Part shown: one piece after another, positions 30,990-41,720 of the stretch
How the letters are laid out: each line of letters begins with the position of its first letter
Numbering within the stretch: the stretch's first letter is position 1
NCBI GenBank assembly: GCA_963787835.1
Contig: CAWBEI010000002.1
Coordinates: 992,001-1,056,000, forward strand
DNA length: 64,000 nt
Reading direction: 5' to 3'
Source: Ignavibacteriota bacterium
GTDB taxonomy: Bacteria > Bacteroidota > Ignavibacteria > Palsa-1295
Program-made: the position numbers and the translations under genes
Notes under the pieces: model-generated
Seen by the model: only the letters and a program-made list of their open reading frames with translations
What the model was told of the DNA's origin: nothing
The model's database searches: none

Positions 30990-31400
30990 AGACTATACTT
31001 CAAAAACACGGTTTAGCCGGATTCATTACTATAAATTATCACTTCAGCCTTTCAGGACTGCTTACTATTGAATTATTCGCATGAAGTGGATAATATCTTT
31101 CAACGCTCTTTGGAATTTCACACCAAAAATTCTTTTATCGTGTGGTTACATGTGAGAAGTCCTGCCAGGGATGGTATTATGTGTGAGGAATATCGTGAGA
31201 TGTTATGCTAACATCTGTTGCCCACTTCTTCTCAAACATCGGGATAAGATGTGAATTGCATTTTTATCCTTCTCTATCACTATTCTTAAGAGAGGCGACC
31301 ATAATTCTTAACATTTCAACATCCTTTATATTAATTACATAAGTATTTAAATCTCTTTAAAAGATCTCTTTTAAAGAGAAAGGTGAAGAAGTGATTAACG
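30990..31400. other. candidate replication origin (oriC)
   Basis: Long AT-rich intergenic region near dnaA with degenerate DnaA boxes (TTATTCGCA 31073, AGTGGATAA 31085, TGTGAATTG 31250). Confidence 0.4.
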
Positions 31401-31506
31401 AAGGAATGCTCCAAGGTACGGAGAATTACCCTATTTATGGAGAAGCATTTTATCTCGAACGGTGTTAAAGCCCGTTCTTGGCACGTAACATAAAGCACAC
31501 CCACAC

Positions 31507-32815
31507 TTGAACATCGCAATTATTGGAACGGGATACGTCGGCTTAGTAACCGGCGCTGGTTTTGCCGAAACAGGCAATCAGGTTCTCTGCATGGATATCA
31601 TCCCGGAAAAGATCGAAAATCTCCGCAAAGGTATCATCCCGATCTTCGAACCAGGCCTGGAGGAGATCGTACGGTTCAATGCCGCTGAAGGGCGCTTGCG
31701 CTTCACGCTTGATCTGGCAGAAGCAGTGAACAGCTCGGAAGTGATCTTTCTGGCGCTTCCTACGCCGCCCGGAGCAGATGGTTCGGCAGATCTTTCCATG
31801 GTGCTCGATACCGCGAAGGAGATCGCACTTATTATCACCGAGCCAAAGGTCGTCGTTAATAAATCGACTGTACCGGTTGGTACGGCCGATCGTGTAAGGG
31901 CGATCTTTGAATCGACGACAGATGTTCCTGTTCAAGTCGTCTCCAATCCAGAATTTCTGAAAGAAGGCGCTGCGGTTCAGGATTTCATGAAGCCGGACCG
32001 GATTGTGGTTGGTTCGAGCAATTCCCATGCAATCGAGGTGATGCAGGAATTATATGAGCCGTTCGTCCGGACCGGAAATCCGATCTATATCATGGACGAA
32101 AAAAGCGCGGAGCTTACGAAATATGCAGCGAATTCCCTGCTTGCGACGAAGATCAGTTTTATGAACGAGATAGCGAATCTGTGTGATCTCGTGGGTGCGG
32201 ATGTCGATCATGTGCGTGTAGGTATTGGTTCGGATGGGCGTATTGGTCCGCAGTTCTTGTTTCCTGGCGTTGGATTTGGCGGTAGCTGTTTTCCAAAGGA
32301 CATCAAGGCGCTTGTGAAAACAGCAGAAGAACTTGGCCACGATTTTACCATTCTCAAGGCAGTGGATGATGTTAATAATCGGCAAAAGACCAAACTTTTA
32401 GAACAAGATCCTAACGCATTACGATGGGAATGTAAACGGTAAAACGTTCGCTGTGTGGGGGCTTTCCTTCAAGCCGCGCACCGATGATATTCGCGAAGCT
32501 CCCGCGATCGATATTATTCAAGGCCTGCTGCAACGCGGCGCGAACGTTCACGCCACGGATCCTGCTGCGATCAAGCCGATGAAAATGGTTTTGCCGGAAA
32601 GCAATACCCTAAAATACTTCCGAAAGAATACCGATGCACTCGAAGGCGCAGACGCGCTCGTTATCGTAACCGAATGGAATGAATTCCGCAATCCAAATTT
32701 TGAGCTGATCGAACAGAAGCTGCACGATAAAGTAATTTTCGATGGCCGCAATATCTACGATCCCGACCGAATGCGGGAGAATGGTTTTATGTATTACGGG
32801 ATCGGAAGGAGATAA
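31507..32815 (+). pseudogene. ugd: UDP-glucose 6-dehydrogenase split by a 1-nt frameshift near 32400 (real or sequencing error)
   Basis: IGTGYVGL, SNPEFLKEG, GFGGSCFPKD in ORF1; continues in another frame as KILTHYDGNVNGKTFAVWGLSFKP...FDGRN. Confidence 0.85.
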
Positions 32816-32938
32816 GGAAAAGATGAATGATGAATTAAGAAGGATGAAAAAAATTGGAGTTACATGATAAACGTTCAAAAATCTCAATGCTTGTAATGAA
32901 ACTCATCATTCATCATTCATAATTCATCATTGCCCCAA

Positions 32939-33916
32939 ATGCCCCGTACTCTTATCACCGGCGGAGCCGGATTTCTCGGCAGCCATCTCTGTGATCGCTT
33001 TGTAGCGGAAGGACACGAAGTTATCTGCATGGATAACCTCTGCACCGGCTCGATGGAGAACATCGCGCATTTGCTCGGACAGCCAAATTTCCGGTTCATT
33101 CACTACAATGTGACGGAGTTCGTGTATGTCGAAGGCCCGCTCGATTACATTTTGCATTTTGCATCGCCGGCCAGCCCGATCGATTATCTCAAGTTGCCGA
33201 TCCAAACGCTGAAAGTTGGTTCTTTGGGAACCCACAAGGCACTCGGACTTGCCAAAGCGAAAAATGCGCGATTTCTGCTTGCTTCAACCAGCGAGACATA
33301 CGGTGATCCCGCCGAACACCCACAACGCGAAACCTATTGGGGAAATGTAAACCCCATCGGCATTCGCGGCGTGTATGATGAAGCCAAACGATTTGCCGAA
33401 GCGCTCACGATGGCGTATCACCGGTATCATGGTGTCGATACGCGCATTATTCGCATTTTCAATACGTATGGTGAGCGCATGCGCCTGCATGATGGCCGCG
33501 CGATCCCAGCTTTTATGTCTCAGGCCCTCAGGAGCGAACCAATAACTGTATTTGGCGATGGTTCCCAAACCCGATCGGTGTGTTATGTCAGCGATCTCAT
33601 CGAAGGAATTTACCGGTTGTTGATGTCGGATTATAATTTACCAGTGAATATTGGCAATCCTGATGAAGTGACCATGCTTCAGCTTGCGGAGGAGATTCTC
33701 GCGATGATACCGGAGAGCAAGAGCAAGATCATATTCGAATCGCTTCCTGAAGACGACCCCAAAATTCGCCAGCCGGATATTGCGCTTGCACGTTCTCTCT
33801 TTGGATGGGAGCCGAAAGTGCAGCGCAGCGAAGGATTGAAACGGACGCTGGAATATTTTCGCGAAGCGATAACCCACGAAATGAAACTTCTGGGGAACGT
33901 TCAACGCGATAGTTGA
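32939..33916 (+). CDS. UDP-glucuronate decarboxylase family SDR
   Basis: [34 protein letters not shown]. Confidence 0.92.
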   Translation: MPRTLITGGAGFLGSHLCDRFVAEGHEVICMDNLCTGSMENIAHLLGQPNFRFIHYNVTEFVYVEGPLDYILHFASPASPIDYLKLPIQTLKVGSLGTHKALGLAKAKNARFLLASTSETYGDPAEHPQRETYWGNVNPIGIRGVYDEAKRFAEALTMAYHRYHGVDTRIIRIFNTYGERMRLHDGRAIPAFMSQALRSEPITVFGDGSQTRSVCYVSDLIEGIYRLLMSDYNLPVNIGNPDEVTMLQLAEEILAMIPESKSKIIFESLPEDDPKIRQPDIALARSLFGWEPKVQRSEGLKRTLEYFREAITHEMKLLGNVQRDS

Positions 33917-33992
33917 ATTACGCTGTTTCTTCGAGGGGTTTTTAGCCGACTTTTGTACCGTGTATTCTTTTTTTTCATTCACATAAATTACC

Positions 33993-34886
33993 ATGATCAA
34001 ACACTTTCAAACACTTACATTTGCTATTGCTTTGCTTATAGGGCTTAGCTTTGAATTACATGCACAAACACGCTCAGTCGGCGGGCACGCAATCGTGCTT
34101 GACGACGGTTCTGGCCATACGCTTACCATTCTGCCTTCGCTTATGACGACCGATCAGATCTTTACATTTCCAGCAACTACAAGTTACACGCCTGGCAGTG
34201 TGCTTTTCGCGGATGCTAATGGCGAGATCAATCAGGATAATGCGAAGTTATTCTGGGATAACACTAACTTTCGCCTGGGCATCGGCAACGCTTCACCGTT
34301 GTATCCGCTCGACGTGACAGGAGCTGCACGGATCACGGGCGCAGTCACGCTTGGAACCGCGCTCGCTACATCGAGCGGTGGAACTGGTACTTCAACAGCA
34401 CCCACGCAAAATGGTGTGATATACGGGGCAAGCAGTTCAGCATACGCTTCGACAGCCGCTGGCTCGACGGGGCAAGTACTGACCGTATCGGGTGGAGGCC
34501 AGCCAGCATGGGCAGCGTCATCCGGGTCTATGCTGATCGCCCTGAATTCAGGTGGAAACCTTGTCGATTTTGATTTCATGACTACGGGTGGTGAGGTCTC
34601 CTCCGAGAGCTCGGGACAGTACGTTGTTACGCAGAGTGGGACGCTCCAGAATCTCTATGTTCATATTACCGCCGCGCCGGGCGCTGGCAATGGGCGCTAT
34701 TTTTATGTGCGCAAAAATGGAGTGAACACAGCGTTAGGCCTCACAATGGGTAGTAACACGACCAGTGCCAGCGATGTGTCGGACAAAGTGTCAGTTTCGG
34801 CGGGTGATCTGATATCGCTCGAGACCATCACCAACAACACGCCACCGGCTGCAACGGGAATTGCGAGCTTCGAGATTGCTTACTGA
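33993..34886 (+). CDS. secreted hypothetical protein with tail-fibre-like modules
   Basis: Signal peptide; LFWDNTNFRLGIG and GGTG motifs; beta-sandwich-like C-terminus. Confidence 0.7.
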   Translation: MIKHFQTLTFAIALLIGLSFELHAQTRSVGGHAIVLDDGSGHTLTILPSLMTTDQIFTFPATTSYTPGSVLFADANGEINQDNAKLFWDNTNFRLGIGNASPLYPLDVTGAARITGAVTLGTALATSSGGTGTSTAPTQNGVIYGASSSAYASTAAGSTGQVLTVSGGGQPAWAASSGSMLIALNSGGNLVDFDFMTTGGEVSSESSGQYVVTQSGTLQNLYVHITAAPGAGNGRYFYVRKNGVNTALGLTMGSNTTSASDVSDKVSVSAGDLISLETITNNTPPAATGIASFEIAY

Positions 34887-34910
34887 GCCGAGTAGAGGGA
34901 GCAAAACATA

Positions 34911-35066
34911 AGCCGATCCCCAATTCGCCAGCACGATATTTCGCTTGCGCAAGCACTCTTGGTTAAGAGACAAGAGTGCAGCGCAACGAAAGGAGTGAAG
35001 CGGACGCTGGAATATTTCAATTACGCAATTGCCCGGAAGGAAGAACTTGCGTGTACCTCTGTTTAA
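34911..35066 (+). pseudogene. degenerate copy of the 3' end of the UDP-glucuronate decarboxylase gene
   Basis: Aligns with ~33752-33870; identical CGGACGCTGGAATATTT at 33842 and 35001. Confidence 0.75.
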
Positions 35067-35139
35067 GAATACAGAAGTTCGCCTCCTCTCTTAAAATCTC
35101 CGTAACTTTGCTTTTCTGATAACAGATCTAGTAAAGCGC

Positions 35140-37521
35140 ATGAAATCATTTTATTCGCGGCTTAGCGCCGTTGCTCTTTTTGTAGTAATTGTCTTCGTTG
35201 TCCCATCTGCACGTGCGCAGATCACTACCGATAGCCTCATCAATCACTCGCTCAGTTATGTGGATTACCCTCCCTTCGTGCGGCATGGCGAGCCGCCGCC
35301 GATGAAGCCGCGCATGGGAATCTATTTTCATGATTTCCCGGCTGATTCCGTGAAACTGCTTACGCACGGGAAGGATACCATCAAGGGCAACAAGATCTGG
35401 CACATTGCTCCGCATTGGTCTGCCGATAGAGCCGGACTTATGCAGGGCGATATTGTGCTTCGCGTGGATGGCCGCACGCTTCAAGATTCTATCTACGGTG
35501 GGGATGACGTGCTCAACACCCGGCTGAGCACGATGCATCCCGGCGATACGATGCGATTTCAACTCCTTCGCAATGGCGAAATGAAAGAGGTAACCGTTCC
35601 TCTATACTCCGGCAAGCGTTCTCCTGCGACATACTCGGATTACCCCGAGCTTGGCCCACTTCGTAAGAACAGTTGGATGCAAACCACGCTCGACTCACTT
35701 CACCTGACGCATTTTGCCGATTCGATCGCTGAGCAGATCGCCGGGGCTGCAGATATCGATTTTTGCGATCTGCCATTCACCGAGCGTCCGAGTCCGTTCC
35801 GGTTGAATGCAGTAACGTATCTTGAGCATCACCCTACGCGAGTAGGCGCGCTTTCGCGGCTTATCGATCAAAAAGAATGGGATGGTCTGGAGGCTGGTCA
35901 AGGCATGAGCGGCGCAATCGATTCGGCTGCGGTGCAATTAGGATGCGAGCCACAGAACAACCGTCGGCTGACGCTTCCGTACAGCGTTGCGGCATTGAAT
36001 ACGTATTTTGCAACGACCCAAACATATCTGGATAAAGCCTACTCGCGTGTGCATTCCAATATTGATTCCCTTTCGTATGGACTGTCGGAGTTGCTGAATA
36101 CCGATACCAATTGGGAAGATCCGGTCGATTCTATTCAAGACCCGACCCTGCAACTGAAAGCTCGTACAAATGCAGAGAAATTGCTGACGGGATTGCTCGG
36201 CGATGCGGACAAAGTAGATATGGCGCAGTTAGTCTCCGCTGCGCGCATGTTGGCCGCACTTGCGGACACCACCTGGGCTGCCGCATTTGCAGATCAATAT
36301 CTAAAGAACCATGAGCCTGTTTCCGGCAAAGTTCCTGGAGTCGATGGCGATGTTATTGCGGAGTGGACTACGCCGCAAGGCCGGTGCGTCATTGGTGGAA
36401 CAGGGCCGAACAGGTATTACGGAAATTTTGCATTTATTCTCGATCTTGGTGGCGATGATGTTTATGATCTTCCGCCGTGTAAGCCGGGAGCGTTTCGGTT
36501 AGTCGTTGATCTGAGCGGGAATGATACCTACAATGGGCTAATTGCCTCCGGCGTTGGATGCGTGGATGTGCTTGTGGATTGCGCGGGTAACGATGTCTAT
36601 CGTGGTGACCGGTGGACGCAGGGCGCAGCATGCCTGGGTGTTGGCATTCTTGCTGATTTTGGCGGCGATGACATTTATACCTCACATTGGTGCTCGCAAG
36701 GCGCGGCAATGCTGGGGATCGGATTGCTTTACGATCACTCCGGCTCCGACCATTATATTGCCGATGTGTATTCCCAGGGTTTTGCATACACCAAAGGGTT
36801 TGGTATGCTGCTCGAACGCGCCGGTAACGATTCCTATCGTGCGGGATGGAAATATCCCGATGACCGCTGGCCAAACCGCGCGCATGTTGCGATGTCGCAG
36901 GGCTTCGGCTTTGGTATGCGCCCGTGGAGCACGGGCGTGGGAACCGATGGCGGTATTGGATTACTCAGCGACAAGCAGGGTGATGATGTCTATGATGCAG
37001 GTATCTTCAGTCAGGGGGGTAGTTATTGGTATGCGCTGGGAATTTTGCACGACCGGCAAGGGGCCGATCGGTATTCTGCCGGACAGTATTCGCAGGGCAG
37101 TGGGATTCATCTATCATTCGCCGCGCTGTTGGATGATTCCGGTGACGATAGTTACGATGCATACGCATGGCTTGAACAGGGCAACGCACACGATTGGTCC
37201 AGCGGATGTTTGGAAGATTGGGCTGGGAATGATACCTATCGTTCTTCCGGTGCGGCGCAGGGATGCGGATTTTTCGTATCCTTCGGCTATTTGCTCGATA
37301 GCCATGGCGACGACCGCTATTACTGCAAAATGTCCGACACCACGGATTCACAAGGCGGTGGGAATTACATTGCACCGCGCCATTCTGGCTCACTTGGCAT
37401 GCTCATCGATCTTGGCCACGGAGAAGATTGGTACTCCGATCCACGCGCAAAGCCAGGTGAAGCCGTCCTGAAAAGCCACGAAGGTATTCTTTATGATGAT
37501 GGCATGCCGGAGAAGAAGTGA
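35140..37521 (+). CDS. secreted PDZ-domain protein with DxxGxDxY repeat solenoid
   Basis: SADRAGLMQGDIVLRVDG (PDZ); about a dozen DxxG(D/N)DxY repeats. Confidence 0.8.
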   Translation: MKSFYSRLSAVALFVVIVFVVPSARAQITTDSLINHSLSYVDYPPFVRHGEPPPMKPRMGIYFHDFPADSVKLLTHGKDTIKGNKIWHIAPHWSADRAGLMQGDIVLRVDGRTLQDSIYGGDDVLNTRLSTMHPGDTMRFQLLRNGEMKEVTVPLYSGKRSPATYSDYPELGPLRKNSWMQTTLDSLHLTHFADSIAEQIAGAADIDFCDLPFTERPSPFRLNAVTYLEHHPTRVGALSRLIDQKEWDGLEAGQGMSGAIDSAAVQLGCEPQNNRRLTLPYSVAALNTYFATTQTYLDKAYSRVHSNIDSLSYGLSELLNTDTNWEDPVDSIQDPTLQLKARTNAEKLLTGLLGDADKVDMAQLVSAARMLAALADTTWAAAFADQYLKNHEPVSGKVPGVDGDVIAEWTTPQGRCVIGGTGPNRYYGNFAFILDLGGDDVYDLPPCKPGAFRLVVDLSGNDTYNGLIASGVGCVDVLVDCAGNDVYRGDRWTQGAACLGVGILADFGGDDIYTSHWCSQGAAMLGIGLLYDHSGSDHYIADVYSQGFAYTKGFGMLLERAGNDSYRAGWKYPDDRWPNRAHVAMSQGFGFGMRPWSTGVGTDGGIGLLSDKQGDDVYDAGIFSQGGSYWYALGILHDRQGADRYSAGQYSQGSGIHLSFAALLDDSGDDSYDAYAWLEQGNAHDWSSGCLEDWAGNDTYRSSGAAQGCGFFVSFGYLLDSHGDDRYYCKMSDTTDSQGGGNYIAPRHSGSLGMLIDLGHGEDWYSDPRAKPGEAVLKSHEGILYDDGMPEKK

Positions 37522-37590
37522 TTAGGCTCTCACGGATTTTTTTACGAGCGATTGTGGTTCCAATACAGTCTGTAATATAGGAGGCGACTT

Positions 37591-38508
37591 ATGAAATCGA
37601 TTCGTGTGTGGCTTTGCACGCTTGCGCTTAGCACAGTAATAGTGTTTTCTGTACCCACGGTAAAAGCTCAGGTGCCGTACGGTTTTACATATCAGGGGCA
37701 GTTGGAGGATAATGGTGTACCTATGAGCGGTAACATTACATTTGTTGTGAGCCTCAGCGACAAGAATGGGAATGTGGTCTATAGTGAAACATTCGCAAAT
37801 GTAGTGATAACGGATGGGAACTTCAGTGTGGTAATCGGTGGCCCGGTCCCGTTTCCGGCAAGTATGACGTTCAACGAACCGTACATCATGCAGGTAACAG
37901 TGATGTCTTCTAACGGCACGACTATACTTTCACCCACCCAACTTTGGTCTGCGCCTTACGCGATAAATTCCGGCACAGTGAATGGCCTATCTGCTTCGCC
38001 GGTACCGGTTTCGGGCGAGCTTTTCCCAGTTCCCATCGGTACGGGATACACAGGCTCTGCGAAGATGGATCCAGCATTCCTCCCGCCCAGTGCTTCAAGC
38101 GGCGCCACCGAGCAAGCAACACCGGCGGATCCCGCCGGAACCACAAGCACGACGCCTGTTCAGATGGGGCTTGCCGGTTCGATCACACCGGCAAGTTCGG
38201 GCAAAGTGATGATCATAATTTCTGGACGGATTCTCAACACCACCGCGTTGGGTGAATCCATGGTGCAAATCAGTTATGGAGCCGGAAACGCTCCTGTGAA
38301 TGGCGTTGCCGCAACCGGGACAATTGCCGGCAATCAAGTTTTGTGGTCGCTTCCACCCGCCGGTAGTCCGCCGGCCCCATTCACCACAAATGCCGTTGTA
38401 ACAGGGCTAACTCTCGGCACTCCTTATTGGATCGATCTGCAACTACAAGCGGCAGGTGGAAAAGCCTATGTGGAGAGCCTGAGCATCTCTGCGATCGAGG
38501 TACCGTGA
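37591..38508 (+). CDS. secreted hypothetical protein
   Basis: RBS GGAGG; signal peptide; FTYQGQL...SAPYA N-domain. Confidence 0.75.
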   Translation: MKSIRVWLCTLALSTVIVFSVPTVKAQVPYGFTYQGQLEDNGVPMSGNITFVVSLSDKNGNVVYSETFANVVITDGNFSVVIGGPVPFPASMTFNEPYIMQVTVMSSNGTTILSPTQLWSAPYAINSGTVNGLSASPVPVSGELFPVPIGTGYTGSAKMDPAFLPPSASSGATEQATPADPAGTTSTTPVQMGLAGSITPASSGKVMIIISGRILNTTALGESMVQISYGAGNAPVNGVAATGTIAGNQVLWSLPPAGSPPAPFTTNAVVTGLTLGTPYWIDLQLQAAGGKAYVESLSISAIEVP

Positions 38509-38656
38509 TCGTTGGCTGAAGAGAAGATAGACCATGTTTTCTTCAAGGCTTTGCGGGCAGGGTCGTTTTGTTCTGATAGTTCTGATGCATATCAGATGCG
38601 GGACGAACTTACCCCAGAGCGCGTTTGCCATCTGACATATTTATAAGTATCATAGT

Positions 38657-40843
38657 TTGAAGCAACTCCTCCAATCCATGCGCTCCGGCGCGATCGCTAT
38701 TAGCGATGTTCCGGCCCCGACCGGCCCGAAGCGTGCCGGTGTGATCGTTCGTGTGCATGCCAGCCTTATCTCTGCCGGCACAGAAAAGATGAAGGTCGAT
38801 CTTGCCCGCGCCTCGCTTCTTGAAAAAGCTCGCAAACGTCCGGAGGATGTTAAGAAAGTGCTTGCGGAGGTGAAGCAGCAGGGTTTTTGGTCAACTTGGC
38901 AGCGCGTGAGTCGTAAGCTCGATACGCCGGGACCACTTGGTTACTCCTGCGCTGGCGAAGTGATCGCCGTAAGCGAGGATGTCGATGATCTGAAACCTGG
39001 CGACCGCGTAGCATGCGGCGGGCAGGGAGCCTATCACTCCGAAATAGTGAGTGTGCTTCGGAATTTGTGCGTGAAGATTCCAGATAACGTTCCATACGAA
39101 CAAGCCTGCTATACCACGCTCGGCGCTATCGCCATGCAGGGCTTGCGTCAGGCAAATGTGACGTTCGGAGAATCGGTGGTCGTGATCGGCTTAGGATTAG
39201 TTGGCCAGCTTGCGTGTGCCATTGCAAAAGCGGCGGGGTGTGTAACCATTGGCGTCGATCTGGACGAGCATCATGTCGAAGTTGCTCGGGAATTCACAGC
39301 GACGTATGCCTTCAACAGACATCAGGAGGGTGTTGTAGAAACCATCCGTTCGCTTACGCACGGTTTTGGCGCCGATGCTGTGATCATTTGCGCGGCCACA
39401 AGTTCGAATGACCCGATTACATTTTCCGCTGAGATCGCTCGCGACCGTGCGCGCATCATTATGGTTGGCGTGAGCGAGATGAACTTACCGCGCGATATCT
39501 ATTTTGGGAAAGAATTAGAGTTCCGGCTTTCGCGCTCGTATGGCCCTGGCCGCTACGACGCCAACTACGAAGAGCGCGGCATGGATTATCCCATCGGCTA
39601 TGTCCGCTGGACCGAGCGGCGCAACATGCACGAATTCGCACGTTTGCTCGGTGAAGGAAAGATCGATACCAAAGCGATCACCACGCATACGTTCCCAATC
39701 GAGCGCGCCGAAGAAGCCTACTCGATAATCGCCGGTGAAAAGAAGGAGCGGTATTTGGGAATGGTTCTCACGTATCCAAGCGTAGAACGGGCTTTAACCC
39801 GTTCCCATCCTGCACGGGTTGAAACCCGTGCTACACCGGAGGGAATTGCTATCGGCTTCATTGGCGCTGGCAACTTCGCGCAAGGATTTCTTCTGCCCAC
39901 GCTGAAAGAGAATGCCACGCTCATTGCAGTTGCAAATCAATCGGGCGCCAGCGCGGAGGATGCGAAAAGTAAATTTGGATTTCAGCGCACTACGACGGAT
40001 GCAACAGACGTAATAGACGCAACAGACATCAATACGATCTTTATTGCCACTCGCCATGGCGAACATGCCCAACTTGCTGCGGAAGCATTGCGGGCAGGCA
40101 AAAATGTCTTTGTCGAAAAGCCAATGGCGATCGATCGAGAGCAGCTTGCAATGGTCGCAAAGGCATTCGAAGAGGCACATGCTGCGAACGGTGTAAAATT
40201 CCTGGTTGGATTCAATCGCCGATTTGCACCGCTCGTCAGGAAGATGAAAACGTTCTTCGAAGGGAATGATCGATCATCCCACTCGCCGAAGATGCTGCTG
40301 TACCGCGTGAATGCCGGCCCGCTTCCACGCTCGCACTGGACGCAGGATGAAGAAGATGGCGGAGGCCGTATCATCGGTGAGGTGTGTCATTTCATCGATA
40401 CTGCCGCGTATCTCACCGGTGACGCCATGCCTCGCAGCGTGTATGCAAAGTCTATCTCCAGCGGTCGCGCCGATACGGTCGATCGCGATACCGTTTCGAT
40501 CACGATCGAGTATGAAGATGGAAGCGTTGCAGAAATTTTATATCTCGCGAACGGAAGCAAAATACTTCCCAAAGAAGAACTGCAAGTATTCTCCAACGGA
40601 CGGACCGCGATCCTGAAAAATTTTTTAGAAGTCGAGTTTTGGACAGGCAGCAGCAATCCCAAGATCGAAAAAGGTTCTGGGAAGGGACATGCGGAGGAAG
40701 TAAAGGCATTTCTTCAATCTCTTTCTTCTGAGGGGGAAGGCCCCATCCCGTTCGACTCGTTGCTTGCCACAACACTCGTGACGTTTGCCATTCGCGAATC
40801 GCTTGCCACCGGGGAGGTGATTCGCATGGCCGACCCTGCGTGA
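38657..40843 (+). CDS. bi-domain oxidoreductase (Zn-ADH-like plus Gfo/Idh/MocA)
   Basis: SLISAGTE, PLGYSCAG, GLGLVGQL, SYGPGRYD, GAGNFA, VEKP, GFNRRF. Confidence 0.9.
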   Translation: MKQLLQSMRSGAIAISDVPAPTGPKRAGVIVRVHASLISAGTEKMKVDLARASLLEKARKRPEDVKKVLAEVKQQGFWSTWQRVSRKLDTPGPLGYSCAGEVIAVSEDVDDLKPGDRVACGGQGAYHSEIVSVLRNLCVKIPDNVPYEQACYTTLGAIAMQGLRQANVTFGESVVVIGLGLVGQLACAIAKAAGCVTIGVDLDEHHVEVAREFTATYAFNRHQEGVVETIRSLTHGFGADAVIICAATSSNDPITFSAEIARDRARIIMVGVSEMNLPRDIYFGKELEFRLSRSYGPGRYDANYEERGMDYPIGYVRWTERRNMHEFARLLGEGKIDTKAITTHTFPIERAEEAYSIIAGEKKERYLGMVLTYPSVERALTRSHPARVETRATPEGIAIGFIGAGNFAQGFLLPTLKENATLIAVANQSGASAEDAKSKFGFQRTTTDATDVIDATDINTIFIATRHGEHAQLAAEALRAGKNVFVEKPMAIDREQLAMVAKAFEEAHAANGVKFLVGFNRRFAPLVRKMKTFFEGNDRSSHSPKMLLYRVNAGPLPRSHWTQDEEDGGGRIIGEVCHFIDTAAYLTGDAMPRSVYAKSISSGRADTVDRDTVSITIEYEDGSVAEILYLANGSKILPKEELQVFSNGRTAILKNFLEVEFWTGSSNPKIEKGSGKGHAEEVKAFLQSLSSEGEGPIPFDSLLATTLVTFAIRESLATGEVIRMADPA

Positions 40844-40874
40844 TTTAGTTAGCCACATCCATTGTTCTGCGACG

Positions 40875-41720
40875 ATGTCAAAAGTGATCGCCCCTGCACT
40901 TGTCTGCTTCGCACTGCTCAGTGCGTCAGAAGTTCGCTCCCAGCAGGGAGCAAGCACATCCGATAGCGCCGGGTATGCACCCTCGGCGGATTCTGTTCGT
41001 GCGTTAGACTCCGCCTATCGCGCACGAAAGGCACAGCTCGACCAATGGGTTCATGCCGAGGAAGCAACCGCGCATCCTCAGGAGGATTTCATCAGCCTGT
41101 ATCTGGCCTACGGCGGCTATCTCCAGATCCTTCCTCGCGATCTCAATCAGTTCTTTTCCGAGCGCACCCTTCGGCCCGATCCGCTCAGCGACCGCAATGA
41201 ATATTCGACGATTGATCGAGCTGTTAACGTTGGCGTTCAGGCACAGCTTGCACGAACGTGGGGAATTTACTTCGAATACGATCTCGTGGAAAAGTGGTTC
41301 AACACGATCGTGGATCAAACCAACGCGCAGGAGGAGCTCGATCTGACCGAGCACAGTTTCGTTGTGGGCGGGATGTATATGATCTACTGCGGCCACTTTT
41401 ACCGGCTGCGTGTTAGCGGCGGCGTTGGAGCCATTATTGCGCTGACGACCGAAACGGAAACGCCTGGCAGCTACACCCGCGATGCTTCTGCAATAGGCTA
41501 TCAGGTCAATTTCGATATTTTGAATGACTTCCGCGTGATGCAGGATCTCAGCTTCACGCTCGACATCCTCACCCGCACAGTGACTACCGGTGCACTCAAG
41601 ACCGCCGGTGGCCAAACGCTCGATACACCGTTTGGGGCTGGGACAGCCACCATCACCCTAAAACCGACAGCCTCAAATGTGGTCTATGGACTCGCCGCAG
41701 GATTAGTCTATTATTTTTAA
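40875..41720 (+). CDS. outer-membrane beta-barrel protein
   Basis: Signal peptide, amphipathic strands, C-terminal YYF. Confidence 0.65.
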   Translation: MSKVIAPALVCFALLSASEVRSQQGASTSDSAGYAPSADSVRALDSAYRARKAQLDQWVHAEEATAHPQEDFISLYLAYGGYLQILPRDLNQFFSERTLRPDPLSDRNEYSTIDRAVNVGVQAQLARTWGIYFEYDLVEKWFNTIVDQTNAQEELDLTEHSFVVGGMYMIYCGHFYRLRVSGGVGAIIALTTETETPGSYTRDASAIGYQVNFDILNDFRVMQDLSFTLDILTRTVTTGALKTAGGQTLDTPFGAGTATITLKPTASNVVYGLAAGLVYYF

